A stretch of DNA of 63,119 nt, counting the filler, from Octopus bimaculoides (Eukaryota): NCBI RefSeq assembly GCF_001194135.2. It is 5 parts of 4 records of this genome, joined end to end, with 100 filler letters (N's around TTAATTAATTAA, not from the genome) between each part and the next. Parts side by side here need not be neighbours in the genome. Positions count along the whole stretch, not along the records: positions 49,362 to 60,403 come from NC_069001.1; positions 60,504 to 63,119 come from NW_026317508.1; 3 more parts are not named here. One strand, written 5' to 3'. The translations under genes and the position numbers were made by a program. This document shows positions 50,818-61,557 of the stretch, piece by piece (the stretch's first letter is position 1; every line of letters starts with the position of its first letter). The notes below the pieces were generated by a model, which did no database searches, had not been told where the DNA came from, and worked only from the letters and a program-made list of their open reading frames with translations.

Positions 50818-52410
50818 TTTTTTTTTTAATGTTTGTTTTGAGACAATCCTGTTGAGTCAGAGCTTATCTGGGTTTCTGTGGCATTTATGTAATTGGAAGT
50901 GACAGAGTTGATCCCATTCTCATCTGCTGCTAGTTCTTGTCTTTAGCTTACCTCCCTTGCAAATGAGTAAAGATTGGTGACAGGAAGGGCATCCAGCTGT
51001 AGAAAAATCTCCCTCAGTAAAATCCTTCCACCCCTTGCAAACATGGTAAAGCAGATGTCAAAACATTGATGAAGTACTTGGAGCAACTTAAAATGATGTG
51101 CCTTGCTGAAGGCTACAATGTCAAACTCTCAACATACTAATTGTAAACCTAGCACACTTTCTACTCAGTTTTTATATCCCATCATCATTTAACGTTTGTT
51201 TTCCTTACTGGCATGGGTTGGACAGTTTAACAGGGATCTGGTGAACCAAGGGGACTGCACACAGCTCCAGTGTCTGCTGTGCAGAGGCCTGTTGGATGGA
51301 TTGCACCCATAACTCAAAGGTTCAACTTAGTTACGCACACTGTTGAGGATTTTGCCTCATGACTATATTAAAAGTGCATGTGTTTGTGGAATACTCATCC
51401 CTTTGCATGTTAATCCGGTTGGTCAAACAAATGAACAACAATCAGTGATATTGACAGAGATCCATTGACTTATTATCACTCAGACGATGGAACGGTTCCC
51501 CTGCATGGCATTGTCTGTATAACTCTGTATTATCTGTACTTCTATATGGCAGGATTCTATTCACACTGAGTGTACACATCTCAGGCTGGCCCAGCCAATA
51601 GCATTTCCAAGGATTTTTAGAAATTATCCATGGTTCCTGGCTTAAATGCCCTCAAGAACTGACCAACCAAGAGGGATTGCCAAGGAACTGTCTGTTCTTA
51701 AGCTCTGTTAAATGTAGCAGAAATTTTGGTGGCACCACTGTGTATTGCTGTTTTACTTCATAACACTAGCAACTCTGTCTCACTATTCTGTCTGTTATAA
51801 TCTCACTGATGTTTAAATTTGAAACGAGCTCTGCTTGTTACAATAAATAGTAGAGTGATTTCAACAGTTGTGATAGAGTTTTGGTACTGTTTCAAGTGGG
51901 GGAGGTAGATACTTAAACTGTTGACATTTCTCCAAGTCTGTATTCATTCTATAAACCACAAGTGATGTGTGTAGAATGAAATAGTTACAGACTTGACAAA
52001 TATAAAAGTGTTTCAATTTCATTTTTATATTGTCTTCTTTGAAATATAGCAATGCCTCAATAAACAAGTTAATTCATTCCCAGAGAACGCTTGTAAAGCG
52101 AGAACTTGTAAACCCAGGGTCTCGTAAAGTGGGGGGTATTGCTGTAGTACCAAAACTGTCATGATATTTGAATTGCCATTCCAAGCAGTTATTGTTTTTA
52201 TCGTGCATGAGGTGGGAGGGTGCCGAAAAGTTCCCGGCTATTGCAAAGGGCCTATTTGGAGGCCCTTCTGAAAGGGCCCGGTGACTAGTTTACGACTTTT
52301 AATCTGAGCTAATGGCATCCAAAGCTACCTGAGCCTGTCACTTTTTTTTTTCTTTTCTTCTCCCTTACCTTTTCTGCTGTTTTACATTTTTATATTGCTT
52401 TATTTTTCAG

Positions 52411-52469
52411 GTCGCATATTGCTGAAAGGTGAAAATATTACATTACTACAACAGGTGGATCAAAAGTAA
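52411..52469 (+). CDS. SNRPE: snRNP Sm E, last coding exon
   Basis: The acceptor ttgctttatttttcag| is followed by (G)RILLKGENITLLQQVDQK*. Its phase matches the previous exon and it matches the SmE C-terminus GRIMLKGDNITLLQ. Confidence 0.96.
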
Positions 52470-52798
52470 AGAGGATCCACCCTACCACCACTTGCACCCC
52501 TCTAAAATGCCAAACGGAATTTGCAGAAGTGGTGGTGGTAGAAGTGATCAAACTTGTACAATACAAATGGACTCATCTATAATTATGCTCCAGTTTTACC
52601 AGGATGCATTGTCCTTGGTCATAATTTATAAAGGACTCCTCGACTGTGTGTGTGGATGGTAGCAGCTCTTGTGACCATTTCTTGTTTTAATACTAGAAAC
52701 TCCATTATAGATATGTGTGAAAGAGTGACCGTCATTCTATAAATATTACATTTCACAAATTTATTCCATTTTATTTTATTTTCACTTTCAATTCATAA

Positions 52799-52804
52799 AA
52801 TAAA
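52799..52804 (+). terminator. Probable polyadenylation signal of SNRPE
   Basis: First clear AATAAA seen, about 330 nt after the stop codon, in an AU-rich 3' UTR-like segment. Confidence 0.55.
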
Positions 52805-54948
52805 CAAATTTCCAGCCTTTTCTTTTTTTCAACCTTTGTCTTTAACTTGTATCTTTTCAGTTGTGAGACTGGCCATGCTGGGGCACAACCTTGAATTTTT
52901 TTAGTTGAGTATATCAACCCCAATGCTTATTTTAAAAAAAAACTGGTATTTATTCTCTTTGTCTCTCTTTTTTTTTTGCTGACATCCGCATTCAGTGTTA
53001 TGTTGAATTTACTCATCAGATTATAATTAATATGATGGGTTTAATGAGTCAAGATGCTGAGCTGGCCAGGCATTTTGTCTGTCTTTACATTCTGAGGTTA
53101 ACTTTATCTTTCATCCTTTCAGAGCCAATAAAATAAGTACCAGTTAAACACTGGGGTTGATACAATCAACTCACACGTTCCTTGAATTTCCTGGCCTTGT
53201 GCCAGAATTTGAAATGAAACAAGATCCGTCATTATATATACATCTCTCTAAGGTGGCATGCTGGCAGAAAAATTAGCAGTATTTTGTCTGTCTTTACATT
53301 CCGGGTTCAAATTCCACTGAAGTACCACCCAATGGAGAAAAAGAGCAATTCATTTTTAAGTAAATTCCCAGGTAAACGTTTCTAATAGAAAGGAAAAAGA
53401 CACCAGAAGCAAAAATAAGGAATATAAATGCAGAATTAAATATAGAAGTGTAAAGTTTACTTTATTACATAATCTCTATATAATGATAATGAATGGAATT
53501 TTGGGGGAGGGAGCCAGTCAATTAGGTTGACTCCAATAATTGACTGGTACTTAATTTATCGACCCCTGAAAANNNNNNNNNNNNNNNNNNNNNNNNNNNN
53601 NNNNNNNNNNNNNNNNNNNNNNNNNNNNNNNNNNNNNNNNNNNNNNNNNNNNNNNNNNNNNNNNNNNNNNNNNNNNNNNNNNNNNNNNNNNNNNNNNNNN
53701 NNNNNNNNNNNNNNNNNNNNNNNNNNNNNNNNNNNNNNNNNNNNNNNNNNNNNNNNNNNNNNNNNNNNNNNNNNNNNNNNNNNNNNNNNNNNNNNNNNNN
53801 NNNNNNNNNNNNNNNNNNNNNNNNNNNNNNNNNNNNNNNNNNNNNNNNNNNNNNNNNNNNNNNNNNNNNNNNNNNNNNNNNNNNNNNNNNNNNNNNNNNN
53901 NNNNNNNNNNNNNNNNNNNNNNNNNNNNNNNNNNNNNNNNNNNNNNNNNNNNNNNNNNNNNNNNNNNNNNNNNNNNNNNNNNNNNNNNNNNNNNNNNNNN
54001 NNNNNNNNNNNNNNNNNNNNNNNNNNNNNNNNNNNNNNNNNNNNNNNNNNNNNNNNNNNNNNNNNNNNNNNNNNNNNNNNNNNNNNNNNNNNNNNNNNNN
54101 NNNNNNNNNNNNNNNNNNNNNNNNNNNNNNNNNNNNNNNNNNNNNNNNNNNNNNNNNNNNNNNNNNNNNNNNNNNNNNNNNNNNNNNNNNNNNNNNNNNN
54201 NNNNNNNNNNNNNNNNNNNNNNNNNNNNNNNNNNNNNNNNNNNNNNNNNNNNNNNNNNNNNNNNNNNNNNNNNNNNNNNNNNNNNNNNNNNNNNNNNNNN
54301 NNNNNNNNNNTACATATATACACAAACTTGAGAGGTCTGATTAAAAGTATCAGAAAAACTACAACACATCAATTCAGCATTTAATCTCCTTCCAATCTGT
54401 CGCAATTATCCACCACCGTTTCCAATGATGGAAGCCATTCCTAGAACTCCTCCTTTTGGTAAAGCGAGCAGCTGCCTCGTTGCATTCTCTTGGATCTCCT
54501 CCTCATCGTTTAATGCCTGCTTTCCAAACTGGCATGGGTTGGACGGTTGGACTGGGGACCAGCAAGCCAGGCCCCAATCTGATCTGGTAGGGTCTCTACA
54601 GCTGGATGCCCTTCTTAATGCCAACCACTCCGAGAGTGTAGTGGGTGCTTTTTACGTGCCACCGGCACAGGACTGGGATCTCGCAATGCGAAGAATGAAC
54701 CTTGGTTTCAGGATAGCCATAGACACACGATTCGGCACCTGTTATGTCTATTTCCAAATAGATTACAACATCCTGAACCCAATCAGGGAGACTGTGTGCA
54801 GCTGAAATGACCACCCTCCACACACTTTACTTCTAAGCACTGATATAAACAACAGAAGGGAGCAAGAACATTATAACTTGGTGTGCATGCATGACAGAGT
54901 TCAAGCCTCAATCTGTGGCCGAGTGGCTTCGCTCTGCAGACTGGCTCT

Positions 54949-54962
54949 GTTACCATAGCAAC
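54949..54962. promoter_or_regulatory. RFX X-box motif
   Basis: GTTACCATAGCAAC is a full match to the X-box consensus GTHNYY-AT-RRNAAC. Confidence 0.4.
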
Positions 54963-55526
54963 AGTCTTAATACTTTTTGATCAGACCTCATACCTGTATG
55001 TCATAAATTAAAAAGAGAAAATTACAAATGAAAAGTAAATTTAATAAAAATTGCAGCCAACAGTTACAAATATTTTTTTTTTCTTTCCTTGGTCTTTCAC
55101 AGCTTCTAACAAAATAAAAACGAAAATAAACAGCAATTTAAATAATGGTTGAAATTTGTTGGGGATTGGGGGAATCTTTTGTTGTTTCTTTTTTGCATTA
55201 AATAGACTTTCACTGTCCGTATTAATTAAAATAATTGAACAGTCATAAAAGTAATAATTATTAAAGTAAATTACNNNNNNNNNNNNNNNNNNNNNNNNNN
55301 NNNNNNNNNNNNNNNNNNNNNNNNNNNNNNNNNNNNNNNNNNNNNNNNNNNNNNNNNNNNNNNNNNNNNNNNNNNNNNNNNNNNNNNNNNNNNNNNNNNN
55401 NNNNNNNNNNNNNNNNNNNNNNNNNNNNNNNNNNNNNNNNNNNNNNNNNNNNNNNNNNNNNNNNNNNNNNNNNNNNNNNNNNNNNNNNNNNNNNNNNNNN
55501 NNNNNNNNNNNNNNNNNNNNNNNNNN

Positions 55527-55558
<32 letters not shown>

Positions 55559-57132
55559 GCCATCAGTTATTCTTATTAAAAAAAATTTTTTTTTGAAGAT
55601 CAGAAGAAAGAGATAAGGTGAGTGGGTGCTGGAAATTATAGTCATTTCATTTTTGTTTTTTGTTTTCCTTTTTAAATATTTTCTGTTTTTAGTCTTGAAA
55701 GGTCTAAAATTTACAAAGTAAAAGAAAAAAACAAAAACATAACTGTTTGTTATTGGATATCAAGAATGTGCTTTCACCCACACGTTACTATAGAAACAGA
55801 AATTACATTTAAGGTCGGCTGACCGAAGCTGTGTGTGAACCAGCCTTGAAATGGATTATCACACTATCCAGGAGGAGTGACATCTCTCCTCCCCTATCTC
55901 TTTCACACTGTATTCGGATGTACACACAGAGGAGAAAATGGACTCAATACAGTTAGTTATAGCTATTTGTTTGGAAAATGGTGAGTCACATTGTTGCCAC
56001 TCGAAATTTCTCACTATGATGCAACCTCACCATGATTGCAAGTTACTGAGTAAATCATCAGCCTTTGATCGATATATATTTATAAAAACCGAGGCTATTA
56101 GCTTTAAAGGAAGTTTAAGAATACAAACAGGACATTTACTGATTGGAGGGTAGGACTCAGTACTGACAGTAGAAGTCAAGTTCATGATGAAACTGGATGT
56201 CTGTCACTAAACAGTTCAAATCAGAGCAAAATCATGGGATCTGGCAGTTCCAGCAGGTGAAGCAATTAACAATATGAATAAGAGTGCTTTTATGCACCAA
56301 ATCTATATATATATATACATACAAATATAATAGAAATGGGCAAATAAATACTTTACACATAGTAGGGGTTATTCTTTCAAAGTTGGTGATTCACTCTGAA
56401 CACAGAGACAGGGGCAGAAACTTTTGAGTAGCAACATCTGGGACCTCATGCGCTAGGAATCTATATATATGCGTGAGTGTGTGTGAAGGAGGTTAAGGGG
56501 AAAGAAAGAAGTCCAGTTCCTTAAAATACTGCAATATTAATCTACCGAGACAATGGAGTGAGGGATTACTGTCTGGTGAAACTAACAAACCAGGCTGACC
56601 CTTGTGGCACATGTATTCAGTGGGGTCAAGCAGAAAAAAGGGGGTCTGATACCACCAGGACATTTTACCATTTATTTCGATTGGCAACTGCCTATCAAGT
56701 AGTGAAGATGATTTAGTTTGTCAAGGAGAGGACAGAGGTATGAGAAAGAGAGGTAGGTGGGTGGGACAAGCTGGAGCAGCCTCAGACTAGAGTCTAATTA
56801 GTAGAAGGGTTTTTTTCTTTTTTATTTCTTTTTTTTTTGGCACTAAGTGTATCACATTTTCATCAAGAATTTGATGAAATATTTGAAATATTTTTTGTTT
56901 TATTGGTGACTGCAAATTAGGTATCGTTAGCTTACTGGAGGGAACCTTAAGGGGTTCAATCTTGGGACTGAGGCTTTGATGGCTCCACAATTTAAGACTC
57001 AAAGCCTATGGTCCTGACATTCAAAACAAGCAGCATGGAGCTGGTGTTGTGCAAGTCCCTCAAACCATTCCACTGTTTGGCATTATGGCATCAAAGCAAA
57101 CTGCAGAGTTATCAAGTCTCTTTTTAGTTATA

Positions 57133-57531
57133 GATGCCAGCATAGCTGTGTGGTTAAGAAGCTTGCTTTGCAACCAAATGGTTTGGGGTTCAGTCCCAGC
57201 CCACAGAACCTTGGGTCGATCAATGCCTTGAGTGAATTTGGTAGACGGAAACTGTGTGGAAGCCTGTCATATATATAGTGTATATACATATGTGCATGGA
57301 TGGGTCTTTGTGTTTGTCCTCCACTCACAGCGTGACAACTAATCTCAACTTTGTGTACTTCACTGTAACTTAGCAGTTCAGCAAAAAGAGACCAACAGAA
57401 TAACTACCAGTTTTTTGGGGGTTTTTTTGTAAAAAAAATACCTAAGTCCTGAGGTCGATTTGACTAAAACCTTTCAAGGTAGTGCCCCAGCATGGTCGTG
57501 GTCCAATGACTGAAACAAGTAAAAGATAAAC
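57133..57531 (+). mobile_element. SINE family A, full length, CpG-decayed
   Basis: Head gccagcatagctgtgtggttaagaagc...; tail gactgaaacaagtaaaagataaa. Confidence 0.8.
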
Positions 57532-58409
57532 GTGATAGCCTCAGCATAAAATCAGTCTGTGAGAGAGGGGGGAAGAGAAGGTAGGTGGTGGAATATTTAT
57601 AACTCCACTCAGAGTATCCGAGTAATGGCATCATTTGATTGGAGAGTATCTTGTGGCTATTGTCCAATCAACTCGCATTGTTATGAACCGATGAGGGAGG
57701 AATCTTTAGAACCAAAGAGAGAAAGAGAGAGTTTTTACATGGTTATTCAACTTGCTAAAAACAGCAGCCAAGTCTTGCTCAGAACATACATACTACTATG
57801 TTTTTTTTGTTTTTTTTTAAATGGACACAAATAGTGTAGCCCTATATACAATGTCAGGAAAAAAAAAATAAAAGAAATAGAACGACAGGATGGCCATGGT
57901 TGGAACACTTTTGATCATAGGTCTTTTAGACCAACACAAAATCCTACCGTAGAGCAAATAATTACCATCATTATATCAAGGATTGTTCTTACAGGACACC
58001 AAAAATAAAAAATAATTAAAAAAACAACAAAAACAGCCTCAGCAAGTTTCCAGGGTAATTGAAAGTAGTAGTACTATTACTACTACTACTACTACTATTG
58101 TCCCCACCGCCATCAACAAGAGCAGCATTGTGTGTCTATATGCATATCCATAGTCTACAGAGAAGTTCCATCTATTGTTGTTGCGAGAAGAATGTAAGTT
58201 TTGTTTGTTGGTTTGCAGTTGCGGCTCTGCCCCTCAGCCCAATTGCTGTGGGTGGGAGAGAAAAAGGAAAAGAAGAAAGGAAAAAAAACTACCTTGCAAC
58301 ATGTTGTTATCCTATCCAGGAAGGGGAATATTGCTCAATTCTTAGAGAAGTCGGATAATTCAGAGAAACTTAGAAACTTGCAAATATCTACACCATAATG
58401 CTAAAACTA

Positions 58410-58560
58410 GCACTCCGTCGGTTACAATGATGAGGGTTCCAGTTGGTTTGGTCGACAGAACAACCTGCTCATGAAATTGACATGCAAGTGGCTGAGCGCT
58501 CCACAGACATGCATACCTTTAGCATAGTTCTCAGGGAGATTCAGCATGACACACTGTGAC
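58410..58560 (-). mobile_element. SINE family C 3' part, CpG-decayed
   Basis: Aligns to 39949-40100, with most CpGs converted to TG/CA. Confidence 0.85.
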
Positions 58561-58594
58561 ATATACACACACACACACATATATATGTATCCAT

Positions 58595-58740
58595 CAAATC
58601 TACTTTCAGTTTCCATTCTCCCCAACCTACTCACAAGGATTTGGCTGGTTCAGGGCAACAGTTGAAGACATTGCCCAAGGTGCCCAGCAGTGAGATTGAA
58701 CTCCAAGTCATGCTAAGCAAATTTCCTAACCAGACAGCCA
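58595..58740 (-). mobile_element. SINE family A head, diverged
   Basis: gaagacattgcccaaggtgcccagcagtgagattgaac is the reverse of the family head. Confidence 0.7.
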
Positions 58741-59124
58741 ACCTCTTCAGATCACACTCCAATGTTTTTGAAAAAAGACAAGGACACATTAGATCTAATG
58801 TGGGTCTAGGAATTTCCTATGTTTGAATCACAATAAAGAAATCGGAAAAAGATGACCACAGATGGAAAGCTTTTTAATTCTGCTGGACAATGGCTAACCT
58901 AGGGCTTAACAGCAGGAGTAGCAGATGAAAAGACAGAGATTTATAAAAAGAAATTTACAGGGTTAAGGTTTAATGTTCACACCCCTGCCTAATAAACCCC
59001 TAATTCTATATTTTCTGAAAGAGGCTAAGTGAGAGCTTTATGTGATTGCTCAGTTTGCAAGAAATGACAGTCAAATCTCCCACAAATTACATCTTTATTA
59101 TATATATATATACTAGCAGTATTA

Positions 59125-59251
59125 TTTATTAATGTGTCACATGTGTTTATAAATTAGCGCTTGCATCTATTCTAGTAGATTCTCCAGAATTTGGAGAATC
59201 TGCTAGAATAGATGCAAGTGCTAATTTATAAACACGTGACACATTAATAAA
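59125..59251 (+). other. 127-nt near-perfect hairpin (MITE, or small-RNA precursor candidate)
   Basis: Arms 59125-59186 and 59192-59251 around a GAATT loop; the only imperfections are two G.T pairs and one 2-nt bulge. Confidence 0.85.
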
Positions 59252-59935
59252 AATCTGTAAATGTACAACCATCCAGATATCTGAGTATTACTTTTTCTAA
59301 TATATAATTCCTGTACATCACCTCCAAACCTTCTAATATATATATATATATATAAGGAAGTGAGACCAAACCAAAATCGTTCCAGATTCATTTTGTTTTT
59401 GATTATTTTCTCAGATATATTTTCCTGAACGACATTGTCTAACATGTCCCTTTTCCTATGAAGATGGCAGGATGTGAACTGAGGGTGATTTGACTGGTAT
59501 TTCTTCCTCAATGGTTGTAGTAGATTAGAATGGTGTCTCCCTAACCAAGAAGATACTCTAAGACACTCTACAACACTGGAGTCGACGCACTGATAGACTG
59601 GGGTGGATATATTGACGTATTGGGGTAGACACTCCATTGGATGAGGTTAGACATTGCTGTACTGGGGTGGAGACAGGGGTAAAAATAAAAATCAAAAAAG
59701 AAATTAAATAACAAAAATAAATTATGACCAAAAGAACCTGTAGTAGTATTTGTAGTAGAGTATGGTAGTACTTTGTACAGTTTGTAGTAATGGTGGTGGT
59801 AGTATTGAAGTGGTGTAGTAGTAGTAGTAGTAGTAGTTGTAATAAAGTATGACTGAGAGAGGCTATAGGAACAGTACTGTTTCAGCTACACATGTGGTAG
59901 TTTGTAGCAGCTGTAGTTAGTAGTAATATTAGTGA

Positions 59936-59966
<31 letters not shown>

Positions 59967-60142
59967 GGTAGTGGTAGCAAGCAATGGTTGCTGTTGTAGT
60001 TGTTGTCATCGTAGAAGCAGTAGTGGTAGTTGCTAGGGTGGAGGTTGTTAACTGATGTTTGAAGAGTATGCCGACAAGATGGATTTCTCCAACCAAAAGG
60101 AGTATTCATACTGAAAGAGAAAACAGACATATTTGTAGGATT

Positions 60143-60173
<31 letters not shown>

Positions 60174-60591
60174 AGACAGTAAGTAAGCTGACAGAATCGT
60201 TAGCATTTAAGCTCAGAATGTAAAGACAGACGAAACGCCAATCAGCATTTCATCTGCCTCCCCATTCTGAGTTCAAATGCCACCAAGGTCAAGCTTGCCA
60301 TTCATCTTTTCAGGGTCAATGAAATAGGTACCAGTTGAGCACTGGTACCTATTTCAAGACTTGTGCCTACAGTAGAAAGGATCATCATCATCGTTGCTAT
60401 TTTNNNNNNNNNNNNNNNNNNNNNNNNNNNNNNNNNNNNNNNNNNNNTTAATTAATTAANNNNNNNNNNNNNNNNNNNNNNNNNNNNNNNNNNNNNNNNN
60501 NNNATACATATACATCTCTCTCTCTCTCTATCTTTCTCTCTCTCTCTTTCTCTTTCTCTCTCTCTCTCTCTTTCTGTCTTTCTCTCTCTCT

Positions 60592-60941
60592 GAAAGTATC
60601 TGTCACTACAGTATCGAAATGTGATTGTTTCAGTTAGTGGAATAGTTTCATTTTTAAAGTGAAAGTATTTGACATGAGCGTTTTTGTTTCACTTTTGACA
60701 CGTAATACTTAAATAGTGGAGGAGATATTATGTTGCTGTGTATTCGAACTCTGCAAGAAGTTAATAATTTTTTTGACTAAAACACAACTGGAACCCTAAG
60801 TTAGGCATGTGTAAAATTTGAATGAAATTGGTTGCGTAGTTCTCGAGTTTTAGGGATTCACACAAACAGACATACAGACAGACATACAGAAAGACAGACA
60901 GACAGACAGACAAACACACATTCTCATTTTTATATATATAG

Positions 60942-60942
<1 letters not shown>
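60592..60942 (-). mobile_element. Helitron-like non-autonomous element, 5' part
   Basis: The minus strand starts A|TCTATATATATAAAAATGAGAATG, followed by (TGTC)n, as in Lep1-type Helitrons. Confidence 0.7.
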
Positions 60943-61004
<62 letters not shown>

Positions 61005-61049
61005 CACACATATATATATATATATGAATGTAGTGTATGTATGTATTTA

Positions 61050-61557
61050 CTAGCTAAGGTACACCGTAATAAATTACCGTTAATAATATGTCTGTTTATA
61101 ACCATGTTTGTCAAATTTCGACATTTAAAAAAAATATATCTATATTATTCGGTAGGACCAATCCGAAGAAAAAATGAACAGGATGTGGTAGCAAACTCGT
61201 GTTGTTGTCATTTTTGTGTATGTGAAAATCAAAACAATTCGCATTGAAATGAGGAATTAGCAAATGTTAAATAGAAAACCGTTAATAAGATGTCTGTTTA
61301 TAGCTATGAAATATGTTTTTGACAAATTTCGGCATTTTTCCTCAAACTGTTTATTGCGAAAATGACGAAATTGTTCGATTTTGAAAAATCGATGCTGATT
61401 AGAAATCGATTTTAAAAAAATAAAACGTGTGTGTAAGCGACCGCATGGGAATACGCCCCATACATGTGTCAAGTTTCATCAAGGTCCGGTGGATAGTCTC
61501 GGAGGAGTTAAAGTAACAAATTCACAAACACACAAACTTGCCATTTATTATTATAGA
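61050..61557 (-). mobile_element. Complete Helitron-like non-autonomous element (508 bp)
   Basis: Minus-strand termini A|TCTATAATAATAAA ... CTAG|T with no TSD. Internal ~55-bp direct repeat at 61077-61130 and 61279-61337. Confidence 0.7.

Noticed and set aside
50340-51110. C/D-box-like words (CTGATG, TTGATGA, CTGA) in SNRPE introns
   Set aside because: No properly spaced C and D boxes with a terminal stem; one instance is part of a SINE tail.
58162-58220. 33-nt exon-like segment with a strong GTAAGT donor
   Set aside because: The next AG is only 25 nt away, which is too short for an intron, and the peptide is unrecognisable.
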